DNA of 64,000 nucleotides from an uncultured Candidatus Peribacteria bacterium. GTDB taxonomy: Bacteria; Patescibacteriota; Gracilibacteria; Peribacterales; Peribacteraceae. Made by a program: the position numbers and the translations under genes. Below the pieces are notes generated by a model, which was given only the letters and a program-made list of their open reading frames with translations, made no database searches and had not been told where the DNA came from. The DNA is taken from assembly GCA_964597665.1 (NCBI GenBank), contig CAZQYX010000002.1, forward strand, positions 12,723 to 76,722. Reading direction: 5' to 3'. Positions 44,241 through 53,118 of the stretch are shown here, piece after piece (position 1 is the first letter of the stretch; the number at the start of each line of letters is the position of its first letter).

Positions 44241-45572
44241 TTAATCCGTCTTCCTCATCATCTCCTGTACCTCCAGCGCTTTTCTGTTCCTTGGGTCAAT
44301 TCTGAGTGCACTCTGGAGATAGTTCTCTGCATCAGTTTTGTTTCCGGCAGCGAAGGAGGCTTTTGCCGCAAGTGCGAACGCGGAGGCGTCATTTGAGAAA
44401 CGAGCGAGAGCTTTCTTCGCAAGTGTCAGGGCATCCTGCAGATGACTGGATGACGTTATTCCCAAAGTGACCGCGCGTTCATAGGCACGGATATCACTGT
44501 CGCTCCGGAGCGCAAGTGTTGTCAGTTCCTCCAGTGCGAGATCGGTATTGCCGAGTTCGAGTGCGTACTCCGCAAGCAGTTGTCTCGCTTCGCGTTCGGG
44601 TGTGAAGCCGTTTAAGAGTGCGTACTGCAGGAACGTCACGGCGTTCTGCGGATCGCCGAGCGCCGCATGCACTCGTGCGAGGAAGTACTGGATCTCTGGC
44701 TTTTCGGGGTCGAGCGAGTATGCTTCTTCAAGTGAGGTGAGTGCGTCTTTCAGGCGCTCCGAGGTGAATTCGCAGTATCCTTTCACGATCCATGCGTCGC
44801 GGTAGCGTTCCTGTTTCAAAATTACCGCTTGCAAGAGAGGAAGGGCCGTCTCGCATTCGTTCACCTGTGCGAGAGACCTGGAAAGAAGTGTCAGGAGATG
44901 AATGTCCTGGCCTTCGGGGAAGAGTGCAAATTCATCGTAAGCAGTGAGGATGATATTCGCGTACGTCCGAATCGTTGCATCGTTTCCGGCGACTGCAAGT
45001 GACAGTTTGTTCTTCGCAGTCTCATGGTCTCCTCCCGAGATCGCAACCAGTGCCATTCCGTATTGCGATTGAGGCAGATCCGGAGAGCGGGAAAAAATGT
45101 CAGAAGCTCCTTTTCTGTCTCCGCTCCGGAGCGCAAGCAAGCCTTCGAGGAGCACGATGTCACCCGTCTTCGGGTTCGCTGCCTTCAGTGACTCGATTGT
45201 TTCTTTGACACCGTCGAACTCGCGCCGTTGCAATTGGATACTCGCAAGCTTCTTGAGTGCCGGAGACCCGCCGCCGGCTTGCACGCTCTGGGCATAGTGA
45301 TCCTGCGCCTGTTTCCATTCGCCTTTCAGTTCGAAGATCTCGCCCTGGCGGAGTTCCAGGAGCGCTTCGGACTGGTTGGGCACAGTGATGAACGATGCTT
45401 CTCCCGTCGGGAGAATCTTCCTGATCATCGCCGCCTCTTGGCCACGATTCTGGAATGATGATTCGATGGTGCGGACGGAGGCATGGATCTGCCAGAGAAA
45501 GATCGCTGCAGAGGCACCACTGAGGACCAGTGCGATGACGATCGGAACGGCGATGCGCGGAGGAATCTTCAC
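44241..45572 (-). CDS. TPR-repeat protein with N-terminal TM anchor
   Basis: Multiple TPR-like units (AQDHYAQSV, ALVAISGGDHETAKNKL, EIQYFLARVHAALGDPQNA). GTG 45572 (MKIPPRIAVPIVIALVL) is preferred; the track ORF to 45698 reads through a repeat arm. Confidence 0.7.
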   Translation of the reverse strand: MKIPPRIAVPIVIALVLSGASAAIFLWQIHASVRTIESSFQNRGQEAAMIRKILPTGEASFITVPNQSEALLELRQGEIFELKGEWKQAQDHYAQSVQAGGGSPALKKLASIQLQRREFDGVKETIESLKAANPKTGDIVLLEGLLALRSGDRKGASDIFSRSPDLPQSQYGMALVAISGGDHETAKNKLSLAVAGNDATIRTYANIILTAYDEFALFPEGQDIHLLTLLSRSLAQVNECETALPLLQAVILKQERYRDAWIVKGYCEFTSERLKDALTSLEEAYSLDPEKPEIQYFLARVHAALGDPQNAVTFLQYALLNGFTPEREARQLLAEYALELGNTDLALEELTTLALRSDSDIRAYERAVTLGITSSSHLQDALTLAKKALARFSNDASAFALAAKASFAAGNKTDAENYLQSALRIDPRNRKALEVQEMMRKTD

Positions 45573-45623
45573 GGAGGTGAAGAGTATCACCTCTAAGGTA
45601 TCGAAGGCGAAAAGAAAACGACG

Positions 45624-45752
45624 GGAAGGTTTGGTAGGTTGGGTAGGTTCGGTAAGCCCCTCCATTTCTCCATGGAAAAAACTTTCAGTGAATAGCAATG
45701 GATCTTGTTTTGTTCCCTACCCAACCTACCAAACATACCAAACGTACCTCAC
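45624..45752. repeat. GGTAGGTT-type periodic inverted repeat (copy B4)
   Basis: Left arm ggaaggtttggtaggttgggtaggttcggtaag (45624-45656) and right arm ccctacccaacctaccaaacataccaaacgtacctcacc (45715-45752). Confidence 0.75.
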
Positions 45753-45753
45753 C

Positions 45754-46419
45754 TTACTCCTCCATCTTCGGACTCATCTCTCCGTCATCATTCTTCTTCG
45801 CTTTTGATGCTCGTGTCTTTGGCTTCTTCTCACCGTCCGATTCCTCCACACCGACGGTCGCGCGTGCAGCGGCTTCGACAATGTGTCTCGGAATGATGGC
45901 TTCGACGGTTCCCCACGTTGCGGTTCCCTTCTTTGGAACGAGGATCGTGACCTGATCGCCGATTTCGGCGCGGTAGAACGTGACGGACGCGAGGAGCAAG
46001 CGATAGGCTTTTCCCTCAGCCAATACTTTGTACTGTCCGTCTTCCTGAATGAGCACGCCGACCATCGTTCGTCTCTCGACGGGTGCGATCTGCTTGTAGA
46101 TGAATTTGCCCTCGTCGGTGATACTGAGCTTCATGCCGTCACCCTCCACGAGCTTGCTCTTCGACGCATAGTTCGCGGGAATCGGATACGTCTGACCGAG
46201 CGAGTCGACCATGTTCTGTCCATCGAAGACGCCTTCGATGATTTTTGAGGTGCTTGGGTTATAGGCACTCATGCCGATTGAACTTGCTTTCGAACTGAGT
46301 CTCTCGCGCGAAGGATCGCTGATTCCGGTCACCTCCCGCAGGAGGCTGTTTGCGGTCTTCAGTGAACTCATGGCGGAATCGATCAGTTCCTGGATCGAGA
46401 GGAGATTGTCGTCTGACAT
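45754..46419 (-). CDS. hypothetical protein (221 aa) with Lys-rich C-terminal tail
   Basis: Clean ORF. No family recognised. Confidence 0.55.
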   Translation of the reverse strand: MSDDNLLSIQELIDSAMSSLKTANSLLREVTGISDPSRERLSSKASSIGMSAYNPSTSKIIEGVFDGQNMVDSLGQTYPIPANYASKSKLVEGDGMKLSITDEGKFIYKQIAPVERRTMVGVLIQEDGQYKVLAEGKAYRLLLASVTFYRAEIGDQVTILVPKKGTATWGTVEAIIPRHIVEAAARATVGVEESDGEKKPKTRASKAKKNDDGEMSPKMEE

Positions 46420-46429
46420 AAATATTTTG

Positions 46430-47431
46430 TTAAGAAATTATTTCCACTTCGAGAAGGTTCTGATTCAGTTTTTCGCGTATCTGAGTTTCTGTCAGCAGTC
46501 CTGCTTGAGCGCCTATCGCTCCAACAACACTTGCACCGTTCAGTGTACCTGAGAGCAGTGCTTTTTGCAATGAATTTCCGGTGAGGAGCGACCAGAAAGC
46601 TGCAGTACCGAAGGCATCTCCGGCACCGGTCGTGTCGATCACGGGAGCGTTTTTCAGGATCGGACAACGGAACATTTGGGTCCCGTTCGAGGCGACCACA
46701 CCATTCTTTCCATCCGTGATGCACACGTTCTTCGCTCCCGCGTCCGTGAGTTTTTTGAGTGCCTCTTCAGTCGTTTTTGTCTTCGAGAACGCAAGCGCTT
46801 CCTCCTTGTTGAGAAGCAGAAGATTGGTGATCTTCAGGAGTGCTGCAGCGTCGCGGCTTCCCATCCCTGCATGGATTTGAGATCCTCCCGGGTTCCACGC
46901 GAGCATGATTTTTTTCGCTTTGGAGAGAGCACTGACGATGTCGTCCTGGATCATGCACGAGGTTTCGCAGAGGTGATTCAGATACACCGCATCCGTGTCT
47001 CCGATTGCAGCAGTATCGAAAGTCGTATCGTGCAGGTGTTCGTTCACTCCGGGTGCATAGAGGATGGTTCGTTCTCCATTTTTCAGGGACAGGATGATCG
47101 AGAAGCTGCTGGTCTCATGTTCGACGATTGTTGCCGGCAGCGTATTGACGCCTTCCTTTTTCAGATTCTGCAGGAGTTTTTCTCCCCATTGGTCGGACCC
47201 CACGATGCCGCAAAAAGAAGCCGAAAGTCCGAGTCTTGAAAGACCGACGGATGTATTACTAGCACCACCGCCGCAACATTCGATGACACGTTCCACTTGT
47301 ACTTTTCCTCCGATCTCCAGGCGAATCGATTCATCTGCTTTCAGTGCTTCGCCCATCGTCAAAAAAAGATCGTACGTCGCTCCTCCGATGGAGAGTGACC
47401 GATTCGCTGAGGATGTTTGTGACGGGGACAT
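46430..47431 (-). CDS. PfkB-family carbohydrate/nucleoside kinase
   Basis: GGGASNTSVGLSRLGL and DTTGAGDAFGTAF motifs. Confidence 0.88.
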   Translation of the reverse strand: MSPSQTSSANRSLSIGGATYDLFLTMGEALKADESIRLEIGGKVQVERVIECCGGGASNTSVGLSRLGLSASFCGIVGSDQWGEKLLQNLKKEGVNTLPATIVEHETSSFSIILSLKNGERTILYAPGVNEHLHDTTFDTAAIGDTDAVYLNHLCETSCMIQDDIVSALSKAKKIMLAWNPGGSQIHAGMGSRDAAALLKITNLLLLNKEEALAFSKTKTTEEALKKLTDAGAKNVCITDGKNGVVASNGTQMFRCPILKNAPVIDTTGAGDAFGTAAFWSLLTGNSLQKALLSGTLNGASVVGAIGAQAGLLTETQIREKLNQNLLEVEIIS

Positions 47432-47437
47432 GGTTCG

Positions 47438-49840
47438 TTACGAAATGTACCGCTGGCCGATCGTCTGCAGGAATGCATCGACACGCCTCTTCTCCTTACG
47501 CGCTTTTAGCCAGTAGAAAGCGATGGCGATGGCACTGACGAAAACGATGCCAAATGCCGCAGAGGGGATACCACTTCCTGCATTTTCCGGAACGCGTTCA
47601 AGAGAGGGTTCGAGGAGTGGTGCGCCGGGATGGCCGATCATATCGGTGGGTACCGCTTCGGCATTGCCTGCAACGAAGCCGTCACTCGTCGGTGTTCCAT
47701 GCGTGATCGCAGAAAGCTCAGGGAGTTCTTTTCCCGTCACGGTGACAGGCGTGAGTTTCACTTCGTACGTGACACCTGCGATGAGATCTCTGAGGACGGT
47801 GGAACTGCTGAGGCCGTTGATCGAGCGGCGTTCCGTGTACACCCCCGGTTCCGTGCCGTACTCAAGAATGTAGTGATCGAGCGGGAGAGAGGGCATGGGT
47901 GTCCACTCGAGGAGCAGGCTGTCTTTTCCGGCGGTCGCACGGAGATCGATTCCGAGTGGGGAAGCCGATGCAGGCTCACTTTTTTCCGTACTCTCGGCGC
48001 CGTCCACACTCACCACTGTCAGAGAGAAGAGATATGTTTTTCCGAGCGGGAGGTCGCGGATCTTCGCAGCGGTCGTCGGTTTTTTCGTTCCGATGCTATA
48101 CAGCACGTTCTCCGGATCATCTTGGAGAGCAACATAGATTTTGTATTCCGCAACGTCGAAACCCTCGACGGCTGCCCATTGCACTGCGACGGCTCCAGGT
48201 AGTCCTTCCGCAGTGACACCCTGGACGACCGGAAGCAGGGATGGCCCCACTTTCCACTTCGTGAGCATCGCCGAAGAATTCTCCGCCGAATCTTTTGCTG
48301 TGACGGTGATGTCGACCATCCCTGATTTCACCGGTGACGTCAGCACACCTGTATAGAGTCCGCCGGATCCTTCCGTAAGCGTAATGCTTCGTTCCTGTAC
48401 CGATGCGACAACGGCGTTCAGACCTGCTTCGGATTTCACGGTGATCGTCGCCTGCTCGGCTACTTTTGCTTCAGGAGGGTCGAGCGTGATGGACTCGATG
48501 ACAGGGGGTGTGTTGTCGATGAGGATGTGCACGGGATTGGATTCATACGCTCCGTTCTCGCTGACGACGAACAGCGTGACTTCTTTATCTGCCGGATTGA
48601 TCGGTACGCTGATCCGAAAGACGCCTTCCTGATCGCTCTCGCCACTCGTTAGTTCGCTTCCACCTTTCACTTTCAGATTGATAAGACTGGGAGCATGACC
48701 CTGGAGCAGAATCGGGCCACCCTTCACGTACGAACGATCTTTCGGATCCAGAATCGTAATGCTGCTGTCTCCGATCGGACCACTGGCTTGCACGACATTC
48801 AGCGTGATCTTGCCGACGAATGTCGGATCATTGCTGTCGCTGACTTCGATGGTGTGCGTGTTGCCGTTTCTGAGCATGAATGCGAGCGGAACTTTCCGCT
48901 CCCCCTGATCAACTCCGCGCATCTCGATGGAACCGGTTTTGGGATTTCTGGGGTCCTGGCCTTGCTTTGGGAGCACGGCATCGGGGTCCGAACTCTTGAC
49001 GATCAGTGTGCCGATGTACCCTCTTGCGACGTCGGCTCCGCGCATGGCACGGATCTCAAGTCCGAAGAGCTCGTTCGCTTTCACGTCGGTTGCGTTTTGA
49101 GGGAGTGAGAGTTCGAAGCGATCGATCACTTCGCTCGCGAGATCCGGTGCCGCCTCTCCGCCTTGAGCGAATGCTGTCAGTGAAGCGCCGAAGATGGACT
49201 TGGTTCTTCCGACTGTGAGGAGAGTTTTCAATTTCATCTGTCTGTTCCCTGCGATGTCGTACACCGTCAGATTCGTGCTCCCTGCTTCGGTGGATCGTAC
49301 TGTCCAGAGAAAGCGTCCGGTCGTGTCCGTCTGCTTCGACTGCGCGGTCACTTCGTCATTCAGGCGACTGGCGATGAGCGCCAGGGGTCTGCTGTCGACT
49401 GGATTGTCGTAGCGATCCCGTAGAATCGCCGTGACGGTTGCCGTGTCTCTTCCGTCGGAGTCGATCGATTGCGGACTGACGATCAGCGACGATTGCGAGT
49501 CATCGGCACGATCCGGAAGGACAGTGAAGCCCGTACTTTTTCCCGCAACCGTTACCGCGTACCGCCCCGAGACCGTTGTGGATTCGGAAGGTGTGGGTAT
49601 CACGGCGTTCCCGGCACCGTCTAAAGAGATTGTCTGTGTGTAGTTTTGGTTATCAGGACTCTGAACGACGAGCAGGGAAGACGCATTGCTCTCGCATCCG
49701 ACGATCGTTACTTCTGTTCCAAGGCCTGCAATCGTATCGGGAGCCGTAACGGTGCAGCTGTCCGCTGCAATTGCAGCCGGCGCAACCACCTGCATGAGGA
49801 GGAGGGCAAGCGTTGCTTTGGAGGATATTGATCGTTTCAT
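47438..49840 (-). CDS. large surface protein with Ig-like (Big_1-type) and fibronectin-III-like domains and a C-terminal TM anchor
   Basis: Signal peptide. SLIVSPQSIDSDGRDTATVTAILRDRYDNPV (Big_1-like). FN3-like units (AVQWAAVEGFDVAEYKIYV; LLEWTPMPSLPLDHYILEYG). C-terminal TM plus KARKEKRR. Confidence 0.7.
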   Translation of the reverse strand: MKRSISSKATLALLLMQVVAPAAIAADSCTVTAPDTIAGLGTEVTIVGCESNASSLLVVQSPDNQNYTQTISLDGAGNAVIPTPSESTTVSGRYAVTVAGKSTGFTVLPDRADDSQSSLIVSPQSIDSDGRDTATVTAILRDRYDNPVDSRPLALIASRLNDEVTAQSKQTDTTGRFLWTVRSTEAGSTNLTVYDIAGNRQMKLKTLLTVGRTKSIFGASLTAFAQGGEAAPDLASEVIDRFELSLPQNATDVKANELFGLEIRAMRGADVARGYIGTLIVKSSDPDAVLPKQGQDPRNPKTGSIEMRGVDQGERKVPLAFMLRNGNTHTIEVSDSNDPTFVGKITLNVVQASGPIGDSSITILDPKDRSYVKGGPILLQGHAPSLINLKVKGGSELTSGESDQEGVFRISVPINPADKEVTLFVVSENGAYESNPVHILIDNTPPVIESITLDPPEAKVAEQATITVKSEAGLNAVVASVQERSITLTEGSGGLYTGVLTSPVKSGMVDITVTAKDSAENSSAMLTKWKVGPSLLPVVQGVTAEGLPGAVAVQWAAVEGFDVAEYKIYVALQDDPENVLYSIGTKKPTTAAKIRDLPLGKTYLFSLTVVSVDGAESTEKSEPASASPLGIDLRATAGKDSLLLEWTPMPSLPLDHYILEYGTEPGVYTERRSINGLSSSTVLRDLIAGVTYEVKLTPVTVTGKELPELSAITHGTPTSDGFVAGNAEAVPTDMIGHPGAPLLEPSLERVPENAGSGIPSAAFGIVFVSAIAIAFYWLKARKEKRRVDAFLQTIGQRYIS

Positions 49841-49968
49841 ATTCTCTCTAGTATACCAAAAATACCACTTTTTGCCTATGGTCTATAGGATGATTTCGCC
49901 TCGTTGCTGGGAGTTGTCAATTCATCACTTTCTTTAGCCTGCTCGCAAATCATGGTAGCATCTCCATC

Positions 49969-50550
49969 ATGCAACACGTCCGCTCGGTGACTCTGCTCCT
50001 CGCTTTCCTCACGCTGACCGCGTGCGGTTCTTCAACCACCACGGAAACGGTAACCTGTGACCAGCAGTACTGGAACGGTTCGGTTGCAGCCTGTTTGCCG
50101 AAGGGGTGGAAAGTGTTGAGCAGAGAGCAGCTCACGGTGCTCGGCGTTCCCGAAGAAACCGTTGCGGCCTTCCAGTTCGAGACGCCGCATGCCGGCCAGC
50201 TCGATACGGTGACGGTGACGAAGGAACCACTCAGTCAGGAGATGAGTACTCCTGAGTACAGTTCATCGAATATTCTCGCGGTGTCAGCCCTTCCCGATTA
50301 CAAACTGATCGACAAGATTGTCGTGACGATTGACGGAGAGGAGTCGTCGATTCATGTCTTCAGTGCCAGGCCCTCACCCGATCAGCCGATTCGTCGCTAC
50401 TACCAGCTCTCGGCTACCGTTGAGCGTACCGGCTACACCTTCACGGGTTCATTCCCGCTCAGTATCCAAGACAGTGAGGCTTCTGAAATTCTCTTCATCC
50501 TGAAGAATGCGTCGTTTAAGGAGCCGGAGGCGAAGGCGGAGGGGGAGTAG
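49969..50550 (+). CDS. lipoprotein, function unknown
   Basis: Lipobox LTLTAC. 193 aa. Confidence 0.6.
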   Translation: MQHVRSVTLLLAFLTLTACGSSTTTETVTCDQQYWNGSVAACLPKGWKVLSREQLTVLGVPEETVAAFQFETPHAGQLDTVTVTKEPLSQEMSTPEYSSSNILAVSALPDYKLIDKIVVTIDGEESSIHVFSARPSPDQPIRRYYQLSATVERTGYTFTGSFPLSIQDSEASEILFILKNASFKEPEAKAEGE

Positions 50551-50586
50551 AGAGTGGCGGAATCATGAGTCATGCATTGATTTCTC

Positions 50587-50615
50587 TTGACTTTTTTCAT
50601 AAGAAAAAGTACAAT
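50587..50615 (+). promoter_or_regulatory. sigma70-like promoter (TTGACT-17 nt-TACAAT) with an inverted repeat in the spacer
   Basis: TTGACT at 50587-50592 and TACAAT at 50610-50615. ACTTTTT-N7-AAAAAGT spans the spacer, 27 nt upstream of the antitoxin ATG. Confidence 0.45.
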
Positions 50616-50641
50616 TGGAGTACATTTGCCCCATACAATAT

Positions 50642-50923
50642 ATGTCACTCTCACGCCTCCAGCAGCGAATCGATCCCGTGCTTCGACGTGAGGCGGAACA
50701 GATTTTGCATGTCCAAGGGATCAAGCCGTCGCAGGCGATCATTCTCTTCTACACTGAGATAAAGCGTTCCAATGGTCTTCCCTTCACACCTTCCCCCGTT
50801 CGCCCTTCGGAAATTCCGAATCGTCGGTTGCAAAAAGAAATTCGGAATGCAAGGAAAGGTGTCGGCGTACAGAGTTTTACGAATGAACGAGACCTCTTTG
50901 CCAGTCTTAAGACTCCTCGATGA
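50642..50923 (+). CDS. RelB/DinJ-family antitoxin
   Basis: LQQRIDPVLRREAEQILHVQGIKPSQAIILFYTEIKRSNGLPF. Start at ATG 50642. Confidence 0.8.
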   Translation: MSLSRLQQRIDPVLRREAEQILHVQGIKPSQAIILFYTEIKRSNGLPFTPSPVRPSEIPNRRLQKEIRNARKGVGVQSFTNERDLFASLKTPR

Positions 50924-51207
50924 TGCGACATTCACGCACGACAAAGGAATTTCGGCGTCATTACACGAAGTGTGAACGTTCCGGTAAGGATATGGAGAAG
51001 CTGAAAGCGGTCATGAGTATGTTGGTGCGACGGAGGCAGATTCCTGCAAAGCACAGAGACCACGCATTGCAGGGAAAATGGAAGTATATCCGCGATTGCC
51101 ATATTGAGGGCGATTGGATTCTTCTCTATGAACTTGGTACTGATCAAGACGGACATGAGACGATCATATTTCATGCAACGGACAATCATGAGAATTTGTT
51201 TGGGTGA
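50920..51207 (+). CDS. yafQ: YafQ-family mRNA interferase toxin
   Basis: FRRHYTKCERSGKDM, HRDHALQGKWKYIRDCHIEGDWILLYE, ATDNHENLF. Overlaps the antitoxin stop by 4 nt. Confidence 0.85.
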   Translation: MMRHSRTTKEFRRHYTKCERSGKDMEKLKAVMSMLVRRRQIPAKHRDHALQGKWKYIRDCHIEGDWILLYELGTDQDGHETIIFHATDNHENLFG

Positions 51208-51217
51208 GGATTGTCAT

Positions 51218-51685
51218 TCAGCGGAAAAATAGGATCCAAATGTATGGTGATGAAAGTAGATTGTTCAGGTAGTGCAGAATGACACTAGGCCAAATGGATT
51301 TTGTTTGAAGTGTTATCCAACAGAAAATAGGACTAATCAGCAGTGTTGCATACAAGATCTGAGTGGTGAGTTGTTGCGGGCTCAACCAGAAAATATTTTT
51401 TGCATGCCATGCACCAAAGAGGATTGATACGAAAATAATGGCTTTTGGCTGAGAAATTTTCTTAGTTATATTTTCCAATACTATGCCGCGAAACAGGATC
51501 TCTTCATAGATGGGTACGAATAGAATGGAGAGCGAAAGCGGATATCCGAAGAATGTACCCAATGATTGATATTCCATATATCCAACAACTATCGTCGAAA
51601 GATAAAGAAAAATGACAATGCCGATTTGCATCGGACCCGAAAGTCGTCCTACTTTTCTTGGGATGAGAAAGTCGAATGTGAACAT
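51218..51685 (-). CDS. CPBP-family intramembrane glutamic endopeptidase (CAAX protease-like)
   Basis: EEILFRG, FGAWH and HYLNN motifs. Start moved to ATG 51685 because the track ORF overlaps tRNA-Cys. Confidence 0.8.
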   Translation of the reverse strand: MFTFDFLIPRKVGRLSGPMQIGIVIFLYLSTIVVGYMEYQSLGTFFGYPLSLSILFVPIYEEILFRGIVLENITKKISQPKAIIFVSILFGAWHAKNIFWLSPQQLTTQILYATLLISPIFCWITLQTKSIWPSVILHYLNNLLSSPYIWILFFR

Positions 51686-51710
51686 AAGAATCTTATTCCT
51701 TTCATGATTT

Positions 51711-51785
51711 TGGAGGTGCCGGCGAGGATCGCACTCGCGCATGGGGGATTTGCAGTCCCCTGCCTTACTGCTTGGCTACGGCACC
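51711..51785 (-). tRNA. tRNA-Cys (anticodon GCA), CCA encoded, atypical D- and T-loops
   Basis: Perfect acceptor GGTGCCG/CGGCACC. Anticodon arm GGGGA-CTGCAAA-TCCCC. T-arm GCGAG-TGCGATC-CTCGC. 75 nt. Confidence 0.82.
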
Positions 51786-51838
51786 ACGCAGGCGGGATTG
51801 TACTGATTTTTCGGTTGCGTCACTAGGCGAGAAAAAAA

Positions 51839-51927
51839 GTTTGGTAAGTTTAGTAGGTTCGGTAGGTTGAGAATATTGAGGTTTCGATACTTTCCACACC
51901 TACCAAACATACCCCACCTACCAAACC
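51839..51927. repeat. GGTAGGTT-type periodic inverted repeat (copy B5)
   Basis: Left arm gtttggtaagtttagtaggttcggtaggttg and right arm acacctaccaaacataccccacctaccaaacc. Confidence 0.75.
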
Positions 51928-51991
51928 TTTCCCTGTTCCAAAGAAAGTATTGCAGAATGATTGTTTTAGGGAGTACACTTCCCGAAATACC

Positions 51992-53044
51992 ATGACTCCT
52001 GCCAAGAAAGCAGCGGCCGTTTCAAATAATCCTAAAGATTATTGCATCGCAACGATCGGCAGTCACACGGCACTGCAAATTCTGAAGGGTGCGCGGGACG
52101 AAGGCATTCCGAATCTTGTGGTTTGCAAGAGAGGAACAGAACGCGTGTACAAAAGCTTCGGTGTTGCGGACGATATTCTCATTGTCGACGATTGGAGCGA
52201 GTGGGATAAGAAAGTCGAGCCGGAACTGATCAAGCGCAACGCCATCATCATCCCGCACGGATCGTTCATTGCGTACATGGGGCCTGAGAAAGTGCAGACG
52301 ATGAAGAGCATGTACTACGGAACGAAAGAAATTCTCGAGTGGGAGAGCAACAGAACGATGGAACGAAAGTGGCTTCTGGATGCCGATATTCTCATGCCTC
52401 GCGTCTTCGAGAAACCGGAGGACATCGACTGTCCTGTCATCGTCAAGTTCCATGGAGCGGGAGGAGGGTTCGGGTACTTCGTCGTCAGGTCGGCCGAGCA
52501 GTTCTACGAGGTGAAGAATCGCAAGTACCCCGACGAGACCGATTTCAACATTCAGGAGTACATCATCGGCGTGCCGCTCTACATTCACTACTTCTACTCG
52601 CCGATCACAAAGGAACTGGAGATCATGAGCTTCGACAAGCGGTATGAAAGCAATGCGGACTCCATCGGTCGCATTAAAGCGGAGGACCAGCTCGCCGCGA
52701 AGATCCACACGAGCTACACGATCGTCGGCAATATTCCCATCGTCGTTCGAGAATCCATGCTTCCCGAATTCTTCGCAATGGGTGAGCGTGTCGTCGCCGC
52801 AAGCAGGAAGCTCTGCGGCAAGGGTTTGTTTGGCTCATTCTGCCTCGAGACAATCGTGACACGAAAACTGCAGACGTTCGTGTTCGAGATCAGCGCAAGA
52901 ATCGTTGCCGGTACGAATCCGTTCATCGAAGGTTCTCCTTACACTGCACTCAAATATGACGTGCCGATGAGCACCGGCCGTCGCATTGCGAGGGATATTA
53001 AGCAGGCGATAGAGGCTGGAAGGCTTGCGGAGATTTTGGGCTAA
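51992..53044 (+). CDS. purP: PurP-like ATP-grasp enzyme (archaeal-type FAICAR synthetase family), paralogue 1
   Basis: IATIGSHTALQILKGARDEGI...IIPHGSFIAYMG (DUF1246-like N-domain) plus an ATP-grasp C-domain (VIVKFHGAGGGFGYF). Start at ATG 51992. Confidence 0.78.
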   Translation: MTPAKKAAAVSNNPKDYCIATIGSHTALQILKGARDEGIPNLVVCKRGTERVYKSFGVADDILIVDDWSEWDKKVEPELIKRNAIIIPHGSFIAYMGPEKVQTMKSMYYGTKEILEWESNRTMERKWLLDADILMPRVFEKPEDIDCPVIVKFHGAGGGFGYFVVRSAEQFYEVKNRKYPDETDFNIQEYIIGVPLYIHYFYSPITKELEIMSFDKRYESNADSIGRIKAEDQLAAKIHTSYTIVGNIPIVVRESMLPEFFAMGERVVAASRKLCGKGLFGSFCLETIVTRKLQTFVFEISARIVAGTNPFIEGSPYTALKYDVPMSTGRRIARDIKQAIEAGRLAEILG

Positions 53045-53118
53045 CAGTTTACAAATGAAGCACCTTGTTTTTCTCAACTTCTATTCATACTTCATAATTC
53101 TTACTTCATAATCCACGT

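Noticed and set aside
44022-44396. 124-aa ORF (and 62039-62374 on the minus strand) across the R1/R2 repeat copies
   Set aside because: These ORFs exist only because they read through the conserved hairpin element. The two copies are not in equivalent reading frames relative to any start.
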